64,000 bases of DNA from Auanema rhodensis (lineage: Eukaryota; Animalia; Nematoda). The notes beneath the pieces were generated by a model. That model was not told the DNA's origin. It saw only the letters and a program-made list of their open reading frames with translations, and did not search any database. This document shows, one piece after another, positions 1-13,399 of this stretch (positions are counted from its first letter, which is position 1; each line of letters opens with the position of its first letter). The position numbers and the translations under genes were made by a program. The stretch is from the NCBI GenBank assembly GCA_964057225.1, contig OZ059896.1, positions 4,836,001-4,900,000 of the forward strand. The letters are read 5' to 3'.

Positions 1-3000
1 TGACTTTCAAATTTAAGTGAACTTTAATGTATGCTAATTAAATGTACACGTGATGTGCACTTGGTATGTAACTCGCTTCACGTGAAAGATAAAGAGATGC
101 GGTTTTGAAAATTAGATTCCCCATGTCCATATTAGTCTAAAAACAACATTTTATTGATATTGGTGCATGGTAACCATGACTTTGAAATTTACGTGAACTT
201 TAATTTAAGCTAATTAAATGTACACGTGATGTGCACTTGGTATGTAACTCGCTTCACGTGAAAGATAAAGAGATGCGGTTTTTAAAAATAGATTCTCCAT
301 GTCCATATTACTCTAAAAACAAATTTTTATTGATATTGGTGCATGGTAACCATGAGTTTGAAATTTACGTGAACTTTAATTTATGCTAATTAAATGTACA
401 CGTGATGTGCACTTGGTATGTAACTCGCTTCACGTGAAAGATAAAGAGATGCGGTTTTCAAAATTAGATTCTCCATGTCCATATTAGTCTAAAAACAAAT
501 TTTTATTGATATTGGTGCATGGTAACCATGAGTTTGAAATTTACGTGAACTTTAATTTATGCTAATTAAATGTACACGTGATGTGCACTTGGTATGTAAC
601 TCGCTTCACGTGAAAGATAAAGAGATGCGGTTTTCAAAATTAGATTCCCCATGTCCATATTAGTCTAAAAACAAAATTTTATTGATATTGGTGCATGGTA
701 ACCATGACTTTGAAATTTACGTGAACTTTAATTTATGCTAATTAAATGTACACGTGATGTGCACTTGGTATGTAACTCGCTTCACGTGAAAGATAAAGAG
801 ATGCGGTTTTTAAAATTAGATTCTCCATGTCCATATTAGTCTAAAAACAAATTTTTATTGATATTGGTGTATGGTAACCATGAGTTTGAAATTTACGTGA
901 ACTTTAATTTATGCTAATTAAATGTACACGTGATGTGCACTTGGTATGTAACTCGCTTCACGTGAAAAATAAAGAGATGCGGTTTTCAAAATTAGATTCC
1001 CCATGTCCATATTAGTCTAAAAACAAAATTTTATTGATATTGGTGCATGGTAACCATGACTTTGAAATTTACGTGAACTTTAATTTATGCTAATTAAATG
1101 TACACGTGATGTGCACTTGGTATGTAACTCGCTTCACGTGAAAGATAAAGAGATGCGGTTTTCATAATTAGATTCCCCATGTCCATATTAGTCTAAAAAC
1201 AAAATTTTATTGATATTGGTGCATGGTAACCATGACTTTGAAATTTACGTGAACTTTGATTTATGCTAATTAAATGTACACGTGATGTGCACTTGGTATG
1301 TAACTCGCTTCACGTGAAAGATAAAGAGATGCGTTTTTCAAATATAGATTCCCCATGTCCATATTAGTCTAAAAACAAATTTTTATTGATATTGGTGCAT
1401 GGTAACCATGAGTTTGAAATTTACGTGAACTTTAATTTATGCTAATTAAATGTACACGGGATGTGCACTTGGTATGTAACTCGCTTCACGTGAAAGATAA
1501 AGAGATGCGGTTTTCAAAATTAGATTCCCCATGTCCATATTAGTCTAAAAACAAAATTTTATTGATATTGCTGCATGGTAACCATGACTTTCAAATTTAA
1601 GTGAACTTTAATTTATGCTAATTAAATGTACACGTGATGTGCACTTGGTATGTAACTCGCTTCACGTGAAAGATAAAGAGATGCGGTTTTGAAAATTAGA
1701 TTCCCCATGTCCATATTAGTCTAAAAACAAATTTTTATTGATATTGGTGCATGGTAACCATGACTTTGAAATTTAAGTGAACTTTAATTTATGCTAATTA
1801 AATGTACACGTGATGTGCACTTGGTATGTAACTCGCACGTGAAAGATAAAGAGATGCGGTTTTCAAAATTAGATTCCCCATGTCCATATTAGTCTAAAAA
1901 CAAAATTGTATTGATATTGGTGCATGGTAACCATGAGTTTGAAATTTACGTGAACTTTAATTTATGCTAATTAAATGTACACGTGATGTGCACTTGGTAT
2001 GTAACTCGCTTCACGTGAAAGATAAAGAGATGCGGTTTTCAAAATTAGATTCTCCATGTCCATATTAGTCTAAAAACAAATTTTTATTGATATTGGTGCA
2101 TGGTAACCATGAGTTTGAAATTTACGTGAACTTTAATTTATGCTAATTAAATGTACACGTGATGTGCACTTGGTATGTAACTCGATTCACGTGAAAGATA
2201 AAGAGATGCGGTTTTTAAAAATAGATTCTCCATGTCCATATTACTCTAAAAACAAATTTTTATTGATATTGGTGTATGGTAACCATGAGTTTGAAGTTTA
2301 CGTGAACTTTAATTTATGCTAATTAAATGTACACGTGATGTGCACTTGGTATGTAACTCGCTTCACGTGAAAGATAAAGAGATGCGGTTTTCAAAATTAG
2401 ATTCCCCATGTCCATATTAGTCTAAAAACAAAATTTCATTGATATTGGTGCATGGTAACCATGACTTTGAAATTTACGTGAACTTTAATTTATGCTAATT
2501 AAATGTACACGTGATGTGCACTTGGTATGTAACTCGCTTCACGTGAAAAATAAAGAGATGCGGTTTTCAAAATTAGATTCCCCATGTCCATATTAGTCTA
2601 AAAACAAAATTTTATTGATATTGGTGCATGGTAACCATGACTTTGAAATTTACGTGAACTTTAATTTATGCTAATTAAATGTACACGTGATGTGCACTTG
2701 GTATGTAACTCGCTTCACGTGAAAGATAAAGAGATGCGGTTTTCATAATTAGATTCTCCATGTCCATATTAGTCTAAAAACAAATTTTTATTGATATTGG
2801 TTCATGGTAACCATGAGTTTGAAATTTACGTGAACTTTAATTTATGCTAATTAAATGTACACGTGATGTGCACTTGGTATGTAACTCGCTTCACGTGAAA
2901 GATAAAGAGATGCGGTTTTCAAAATTAGATTCCCCATGTCCATATTAGTCTAAAAACAAAATTTTATTGATATTGGTGCATGGTAACCATGACTTTGAAA

Positions 3001-6000
3001 TTTACGTGAACTTTAATTTATGCTAATTAAATGTGCACGTGATGTGCACTTGGTATGTAACTCGCTTCACGTGAAAGATAAAGAGATGCGTTTTTCAAAA
3101 TTAGATTCCCCATGTCCATATTAGTCTAAAAACAAATTTTTATTGATATTGGTGCATGGTAACCATGAGTTTGAAATTTATGTGAACTTTAATTTATGCT
3201 AATTAAATGTACACGTGATGTGCACTTGGTATGTAACTCGCTTCACGTGAAAGATAAAGAGATGCGGTTTTCAAAATTAGATTCCCCATGTCCATATTAG
3301 TCTAAAAACAAAATTTTATTGATATTGATGCATGGTAACCATGACTTTGAAATTTAAGTGAACTTTAATTTATGCTAATTAAATGTACACGTGATGTGCA
3401 CTTGGTATGTAACTCGCTTCACGTGAAAGATAAAGAGATGCGGTTTTCAAAATTAGATTCCCCATGTCCATATTAGTCTAAAAACAAATTTTTATTGATA
3501 TTGGTGCATGGTAACCATGAGTTTGAAATTTACGTGAACTTTAATTTATGCTAATTAAATGTACACGGGATGTGCACTTGGTATGTAACTCGCTTCACGT
3601 GAAAGATAAAGAGATGCGGTTTTCAAAATTAGATTCCCCATGTCCATATTAGTCTAAAAACAAAATTTTATTGATATTGGTGCATGGTAACCATGAGTTT
3701 GAAATTTACGTGAACTTTAATTTATGCTAATTAAATGTACACGTGATGTGCACTTGGTATGTAACTCGCTTCACGTGAAAGATAAAGAGATGCGGTTTTT
3801 AAAAATAGATTCTCCATGTCCATATTACTCTAAAAACAAATTTTTATTGATATTGGTGCATGGTAACCATGAGTTTGAAATTTACGTGAACTTTAATTTA
3901 TGCTAATTAAATGTACACGTGATGTGCACTTGGTATGTAACTCGCTTCACGTGAAAGATAAAGAGATGCGGTTTTCAAAATTAGATTCTCCATGTCCATA
4001 TTAGTCTAAAAACAAATTTTTATTGATATTGGTGCATGGTAACCATGAGTTTGAAATTTACGTGAACTTTAATTTATGCTAATTAAATGTACACGTGATG
4101 TGCACTTGGTATGTAACTCGCTTCACGTGAAAGATAAAGAGATGCGGTTTTCAAAATTAGATTCCCCATGTCCATATTAGTCTAAAAACAAAATTTTATT
4201 GATATTGGTGCATGGTAACCATGACTTTGAAATTTACGTGAACTTTAATTTATGCTAATTAAATGTACACGTGATGTGCACTTGGTATGTAACTCGCTTC
4301 ACGTGAAAGATAAAGAGATGCGTTTTTCAAATATAGATTCCCCATGTCCATATTAGTCTAAAAACAAATTTTTATTGATATTGCTGCATGGTAACCATGA
4401 CTTTCAAATTTAAGTGAACTTTAATGTATGCTAATTAAATGTACACGTGATGTGCACTTGGTATGTAACTCGCTTCACGTGAAAGATAAAGAGATGCGGT
4501 TTTGAAAATTAGATTCCCCATGTCCATATTAGTCTAAAAACAAAATTTTATTGATATTGGTGCATGGTAACCATGACTTTGAAATTTACGTGAACTTTAA
4601 TTTATGCTAATTAAATGTACACGTGATGTGCACTTGGTATGTAACTCGCTTCACGTGAAAGATAAAGAGATGCGGTTTTTAAAAATAGATTCTCCATGTC
4701 CATATTACTCTAAAAACAAATTTTTATTGATATTGGTGCATGGTAACCATGAGTTTGAAATTTACGTGAACTTTAATTTATGCTAATTAAATGTACACGT
4801 GATGTGCACTTGGTATGTAACTCGCTTCACGTGAAAGATAAAGAGATGCGGTTTTCAAAATTAGATTCTCCATGTCCATATTAGTCTAAAAACAAATTTT
4901 TATTGATATTGGTGCATGGTAACCATGAGTTTGAAATTTACGTGAACTTTAATTTATGCTAATTAAATGTACACGTGATGTGCACTTGGTATGTAACTCG
5001 CTTCACGTGAAAGATAAAGAGATGCGGTTTTCAAAATTAGATTCCCCATGTCCATATTAGTCTAAAAACAAAATTTTATTGATATTGGTGCATGGTAACC
5101 ATGACTTTGAAATTTACGTGAACTTTAATTTATGCTAATTAAATGTACACGTGATGTGCACTTGGTATGTAACTCGCTTCACGTGAAAGATAAAGAGATG
5201 CGGTTTTTAAAATTAGATTCTCCATGTCCATATTAGTCTAAAAACAAATTTTTATTGATATTGGTGTATGGTAACCATGAGTTTGAAATTTACGTGAACT
5301 TTAATTTATGCTAATTAAATGTACACGTGATGTGCACTTGGTATGTAACTCGCTTCACGTGAAAAATAAAGAGATGCGGTTTTCAAAATTAGATTCCCCA
5401 TGTCCATATTAGTCTAAAAACAAAATTTTATTGATATTGGTGCATGGTAACCATGACTTTGAAATTTACGTGAACTTTAATTTATGCTAATTAAATGTAC
5501 ACGTGATGTGCACTTGGTATGTAACTCGCTTCACGTGAAAGATAAAGAGATGCGGTTTTCATAATTAGATTCCCCATGTCCATATTAGTCTAAAAACAAA
5601 ATTTTATTGATATTGGTGCATGGTAACCATGACTTTGAAATTTACGTGAACTTTGATTTATGCTAATTAAATGTACACGTGATGTGCACTTGGTATGTAA
5701 CTCGCTTCACGTGAAAGATAAAGAGATGCGTTTTTCAAATATAGATTCCCCATGTCCATATTAGTCTAAAAACAAATTTTTATTGATATTGGTGCATGGT
5801 AACCATGAGTTTGAAATTTACGTGAACTTTAATTTATGCTAATTAAATGTACACGGGATGTGCACTTGGTATGTAACTCGCTTCACGTGAAAGATAAAGA
5901 GATGCGGTTTTCAAAATTAGATTCCCCATGTCCATATTAGTCTAAAAACAAAATTTTATTGATATTGGTGCATGGTAACCATGACTTTGAAATTTAAGTG

Positions 6001-9000
6001 AACTTTAATTTATGCTAATTAAATGTACACGTGATGTGCACTTGGTATGTAACTCGCACGTGAAAGATAAAGAGATGCGGTTTTCAAAATTAGATTCCCC
6101 ATGTCCATATTAGTCTAAAAACAAAATTGTATTGATATTGGTGCATGGTAACCATGAGTTTGAAATTTACGTGAACTTTAATTTATGCTAATTAAATGTA
6201 CACGTGATGTGCACTTGGTATGTAACTCGCTTCACGTGAAAGATAAAGAGATGCGGTTTTCAAAATTAGATTCTCCATGTCCATATTAGTCTAAAAACAA
6301 ATTTTTATTGATATTGGTGCATGGTAACCATGAGTTTGAAATTTACGTGAACTTTAATTTATGCTAATTAAATGTACACGTGATGTGCACTTGGTATGTA
6401 ACTCGATTCACGTGAAAGATAAAGAGATGCGGTTTTTAAAAATAGATTCTCCATGTCCATATTACTCTAAAAACAAATTTTTATTGATATTGGTGTATGG
6501 TAACCATGAGTTTGAAGTTTACGTGAACTTTAATTTATGCTAATTAAATGTACACGTGATGTGCACTTGGTATTTAACTCGCTTCACGTGAAAGATAAAG
6601 AGATGCGGTTTTCAAAATTAGATTCCCCATGTCCATATTAGTCTAAAAACAAAATTTCATTGATATTGGTGCATGGTAACCATGACTTTGAAATTTACGT
6701 GAACTTTAATTTATGCTAATTAAATGTACACGTGATGTGCACTTGGTATGTAACTCGCTTCACGTGAAAAATAAAGAGATGCGGTTTTCAAAATTAGATT
6801 CCCCATGTCCATATTAGTCTAAAAACAAAATTTTATTGATATTGGTGCATGGTAACCATGACTTTGAAATTTACGTGAACTTTAATTTATGCTAATTAAA
6901 TGTACACGTGATGTGCACTTGGTATGTAACTCGCTTCACGTGAAAGATAAAGAGATGCGGTTTTCATAATTAGATTCTCCATGTCCATATTAGTCTAAAA
7001 ACAAATTTTTATTGATATTGGTTCATGGTAACCATGAGTTTGAAATTTACGTGAACTTTAATTTATGCTAATTAAATGTACACGTGATGTGCACTTGGTA
7101 TGTAACTCGCTTCACGTGAAAGATAAAGAGATGCGGTTTTCAAAATTAGATTCCCCATGTCCATATTAGTCTAAAAACAAAATTTTATTGATATTGGTGC
7201 ATGGTAACCATGACTTTGAAATTTACGTGAACTTTAATTTATGCTAATTAAATGTACACGTGATGTGCACTTGGTATGTAACTCGCTTCACGTGAAAGAT
7301 AAAGAGATGCGTTTTTCAAAATTAGATTCCCCATGTCCATATTAGTCTAAAAACAAATTTTTATTGATATTGGTGCATGGTAACCATGAGTTTGAAATTT
7401 ATGTGAACTTTAATTTATGCTAATTAAATGTACACGTGATGTGCACTTGGTATGTAACTCGCTTCACGTGAAAGATAAAGAGATGCGGTTTTCAAAATTA
7501 GATTCCCCATGTCCATATTAGTCTAAAAACAAAATTTTATTGATATTGATGCATGGTAACCATGACTTTGAAATTTAAGTGAACTTTAATTTATGCTAAT
7601 TAAATGTACACGTGATGTGCACTTGGTATGTAACTCGCTTCACGTGAAAGATAAAGAGATGCGGTTTTCAAAATTAGATTCCCCATGTCCATATTAGTCT
7701 AAAAACAAATTTTTATTGATATTGGTGCATGGTAACCATGAGTTTGAAATTTACGTGAACTTTAATTTATGCTAATTAAATGTACACGGGATGTGCACTT
7801 GGTATGTAACTCGCTTCACGTGAAAGATAAAGAGATGCGGTTTTCAAAATTAGATTCCCCATGTCCATATTAGTCTAAAAACAAAATTTTATTGATATTG
7901 GTGCATGGTAACCATGAGTTTGAAATTTACGTGAACTTTAATTTATGCTAATTAAATGTACACGTGATGTGCACTTGGTATGTAACTCGCTTCACGTGAA
8001 AGATAAAGAGATGCGGTTTTTAAAAATAGATTCTCCATGTCCATATTACTCTAAAAACAAATTTTTATTGATATTGGTGCATGGTAACCATGAGTTTGAA
8101 ATTTACGTGAACTTTAATTTATGCTAATTAAATGTACACGTGATGTGCACTTGGTATGTAACTCGCTTCACGTGAAAGATAAAGAGATGCGGTTTTCAAA
8201 ATTAGATTCTCCATGTCCATATTAGTCTAAAAACAAATTTTTATTGATATTGGTGTATGGTAACCATGAGTTTGAAGTTTACGTGAACTTTAATTTATGC
8301 TAATTAAATGTACACGTGATGTGCACTTGGTATGTAACTCGCTTCACGTGAAAGATAAAGAGATGCGGTTTCCAAAATTAGATTCCCCATGTCCATATTA
8401 GTCTAAAAACAAAATTTTATTGATATTGGTGCATGGTAACCATGACTTTGAAATTTACGTGAACTTTAATTTATGCTAATTAAATGTACACGTGATGTGC
8501 ACTTGGTATGTAACTCGCTTCACGTGAAAGATAAAGAGATGCGGTTTTCATAATTAGATTCTCCATGTCCATATTAGTCTAAAAACAAATTTTTATTGAT
8601 ATTGGTTCATGGTAACCATGAGTTTGAAATTTACGTGAACTTTAATTTATGCTAATTAAATGTACACGTGATGTGCACTTGGTATGTAACTCGCTTCACG
8701 TGAAAGATAAAGAGATGACGTTTTCAAAATTAGATTCCCCATGTCCATATTAGTCTAAAAACAAAATTTTATTGATATTGGTGCATGGTAACCATGACTT
8801 TGAAATTTACGTGAACTTTAATTTATGCTAATTAAATGTACACGTGATGTGCACTTGGTATGTAACTCGCTTCACGTGAAAGATAAAGAGATGCGTTTTT
8901 CAAAATTAGATTCCCCATGTCCATATTAGTCTAAAAACAAATTTTTATTGATATTGGTGCATGGTAACCATGAGTTTGAAATTTATGTGAACTTTAATTT

Positions 9001-12000
9001 ATGCTAATTAAATGTACACGTGATGTGCACTTGGTATGTAACTCGCTTCACGTGAAAGATAAAGAGATGCGGTTTTCAAAATTAGATTCCCCATGTCCAT
9101 ATTAGTCTAAAAACAAAATTTTATTGATATTGATGCATGGTAACCATGACTTTGAAATTTAAGTGAACTTTAATTTATGCTAATTAAATGTACACGTGAT
9201 GTGCACTTGGTATGTAACTCGCTTCACGTGAAAGATAAAGAGATGCGGTTTTCAAAATTAGATTCCCCATGTCCATATTAGTCTAAAAACAAATTTTTAT
9301 TGATATTGGTTCATGGTAACCATGAGTTTGAAATTTACGTGAACTTTAATTTATGCTAATTAAATGTACACGTGATGTGCACTTGGTATGTAACTCGCTT
9401 CACGTGAAAGATAAAGAGATGCGGTTTTCAAAATTAGATTCCCCATGTCCATATTAGTCTAAAAACAAAATTTTATTGATATTGGTGCATGGTAACCATG
9501 ACTTTGAAATTTACGTGAACTTTAATTTATGCTAATTAAATGTACACGTGATGTGCACTTGGTATGTAACTCGCTTCACGTGAAAGATAAAGAGATGCGG
9601 TTTTTAAAATTAGATTCTCCATGTCCATATTAGTCTAAAAACAAATTTTTATTGATATTGGTGTATGGTAACCATGAGTTTGAAATTTACGTGAACTTTA
9701 ATTTATGCTAATTAAATGTACACGTGATGTGCACTTGGTATGTAACTCGCTTCACGTGAAAAATAAAGAGATGCGGTTTTCAAAATTAGATTCCCCATGT
9801 CCATATTAGTCTAAAAACAAAATTTTATTGATATTGGTGCATGGTAACCATGACTTTGAAATTTACGTGAACTTTGATTTATGCTAATTAAATGTACACG
9901 TGATGTGCACTTGGTATGTAACTCGCTTCACGTGAAAGATAAAGAGATGCGTTTTTCAAATATAGATTCCCCATGTCCATATTAGTCTAAAAACAAATTT
10001 TTATTGATATTGGTGCATGGTAACCATGAGTTTGAAATTTACGTGAACTTTAATTTATGCTAATTAAATGTACACGTGATGTGCACTTGGTATGTAACTC
10101 GCTTCACGTGAAAGATAAAGAGATGCGGTTTTCAAAATTAGATTCCCCATGTCCATATTAGTCTAAAAACAAAATTTTATTGATATTGCTGCATGGTAAC
10201 CATGACTTTCAAATTTAAGTGAACTTTAATTTATGCTAATTAAATGTACACGTGATGTGCACTTGGTATGTAACTCGCTTCACGTGAAAGATAAAGAGAT
10301 GCGGTTTTGAAAATTAGATTCCCCATGTCCATATTAGTCTAAAAACAAATTTTTATTGATATTGGTGCATGGTAACCATGACTTTGAAATTTACGTGAAC
10401 TTTAATTTATGCTAATTAAATGTACACGTGATGTGCACTTGGTATGTAACTCGCTTCACGTGAAAGATAAAGAGATGACGTTTTCAAAATTAGATTCCCC
10501 ATGTCCATATTAGTCTAAAAACAAATTTTTATTGATATTGGTGCATGGTAACCATGACTTTGAAATTTACGTGAACTTTAATTTATGCTAATTAAATGTA
10601 CACGTGATGTGCACTTGGTATGTAACTCGCTTCACGTGAAAGATAAAGAGATGCGGTTTTCAAAATTAGATTCCCCATGTCCATATTAGTCTAAAAACAA
10701 ATTTTTATTGATATTGGTTCATGGTAACCATGACTTTGAAATTTACGTGAACTTTAATTTATGCTAATTAAATGTACACGTGATGTGCACTTGGTATGTA
10801 ACTCGCTTCACGTGAAAGATAAAGAGATGACGTTTTCAAAATTAGATTCCCCATGTCCATATTAGTCTAAAAACAAATTTTTATTGATATTGGTTCATGC
10901 TAACCATGACTTTGAAATTTACGTGAACTTTAATTTATGCTAATTAAATGTACACGTGATGTGCACTTGGTATGTAACTCGCTTCACGTGAAAGATAAAG
11001 AGATGCGGTATTCAAAATTAGATTCCCCATGTCCATATTAGTCTAAAAACAAAATTTTATTGATATTGATGCATGGTAACCATGACTTTGAAATTTACGT
11101 GAACTTTAATTTATGCTAATTAAATGTACACGTGATGTGCACTTGGTATGTAACTCGCTTCACGTGAAAGATAAAGAGATGCGGTTTTCAAAATTAGATT
11201 CCCCATGTCCATATTAGTCTAAAAACAAATTTTTATTGATATTGGTTCATGGTAACCATGACTTTGAAATTTACGTGAACTTTAATTTATGCTAATTAAA
11301 TGTACACGTGATGTGCACTTGGTATGTAACTCGCTTCACGTGAAAGATAAAGAGATGCGGTTTTCAAAATTAGATTCTCCATGTCCATATTAGTCTAAAA
11401 ACAAATTTTTATTGATATTGGTGCATGGTAACCATGACTTTGAAATTTACGTGAACTTTAATTTATGCTAATTAAATGTACACGTGATGTGCACTTGGTA
11501 TGTAACTCGCTTCACGTGAAAGATAAAGAGATGCGGTTTTCAAAATTAGATTCCCCATGTCCATATTAGTCTAAAAACAAAATTGTATTGATATTGGTGC
11601 ATGGTAACCATGAGTTTGAAATTTACGTGAACTTTAATTTATGCTAATTAAATGTACACGTGATGTGCACTTGGTATGTAACTCGATTCACGTGAAAGAT
11701 AAAGAGATGCGGTTTTTAAAATAGATTCTCCATGTCCATATTACTCTAAAAACAAATTTTTATTGATATTGGTGCATGGTAACCATGAGTTTGAAATTTA
11801 CGTGAACTTTAATTTATGCTAATTAAATGTACACGTGATGTGCACTTGGTATGTAACTCGCTTCACGTGAAAGATAAAGAGATGCGGTTTTCAAAATTAG
11901 ATTCTCCATGTCCATATTAGTCTAAAAACAAATTTTTATTGATATTGGTGCATGGTAACCATGAGTTTGAAATTTACGTGAACTTTAATTTATGCTAATT

Positions 12001-13399
12001 AAATGTACACGTGATGTGCACTTGGTATGTAACTCGATTCACGTGAAAGATAAAGAGATGCGGTTTTTAAAAATAGATTCTCCATGTCCATATTACTCTA
12101 AAAACAAATTTTTATTGATATTGGTGTATGGTAACCATGAGTTTGAAGTTTACGTGAACTTTAATTTATGCTAATTAAATGTACACGTGATGTGCACTTG
12201 GTATGTAACTCGCTTCACGTGAAAGATAAAGAGATGCGGTTTTCAAAATTAGATTCCCCATGTCCATATTAGTCTAAAAACAAAATTTCATTGATATTGG
12301 TGCATGGTAACCATGACTTTGAAATTTACGTGAACTTTAATTTATGCTAATTAAATGTACACGTGATGTGCACTTGGTATGTAACTCGCTTCACGTGAAA
12401 AATAAAGAGATGCGGTTTTCAAAATTAGATTCCCCATGTCCATATTAGTCTAAAAACAAAATTTTATTGATATTGGTGCATGGTAACCATGACTTTGAAA
12501 TTTACGTGAACTTTAATTTATGCTAATTAAATGTACACGTGATGTGCACTTGGTATGTAACTCGCTTCACGTGAAAGATAAAGAGATGCGGTTTTCATAA
12601 TTAGATTCTCCATGTCCATATTAGTCTAAAAACAAATTTTTATTGATATTGGTTCATGGTAACCATGAGTTTGAAATTTACGTGAACTTTAATTTATGCT
12701 AATTAAATGTACACGTGATGTGCACTTGGTATGTAACTCGCTTCACGTGAAAGATAAAGAGATGCGGTTTTCAAAATTAGATTCCCCATGTCCATATTAG
12801 TCTAAAAACAAAATTTTATTGATATTGGTGCATGGTAACCATGACTTTGAAATTTACGTGAACTTTAATTTATGCTAATTAAATGTACACGTGATGTGCA
12901 CTTGGTATGTAACTCGCTTCACGTGAAAGATAAAGAGATGCGTTTTTCAAAATTAGATTCCCCATGTCCATATTAGTCTAAAAACAAATTTTTATTGATA
13001 TTGGTGCATGGTAACCATGAGTTTGAAATTTATGTGAACTTTAATTTATGCTAATTAAATGTACACGTGATGTGCACTTGGTATGTAACTCGCTTCACGT
13101 GAAAGATAAAGAGATGCGGTTTTCAAAATTAGATTCCCCATGTCCATATTAGTCTAAAAACAAAATTTGATTGATATTGATGCATGGTAACCATGACTTT
13201 GAGATTTAAGTGAACTTTAATTTATGCTAATTAAATGTACACGTGATGTGCACTTGGTATGTAACTCGCTTCACGTGAAAGATAAAGAGATGCGGTTTTC
13301 AAAATTAGATTCCCCATGTCCATATTAGTCTAAAAACAAATTTTTATTGATATTGGTGCATGGTAACCATGACTTTGAAATTTACGTGAACTTTAACTT
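1..13399 (+). repeat. Outer variant domain (subfamily A), left
   Basis: Variants CATGAGTTTG, GATTCTCC, TTACTCT, CAAAATTTT, GTGAAAAAT, ACACGGGA, and 173-bp monomers with a 3-bp deletion at ~1836 and ~6057. Confidence 0.85.

Noticed and set aside
1-176. Assignment to a named satellite (Brassica CentBr 176 bp, Arabidopsis CEN178, alpha satellite, CENP-B box) or to 5S rDNA/tRNA arrays
   Set aside because: Only the length is similar. I recognise no sequence match or Pol III gene structure; a BLAST or repeat-database search is needed.
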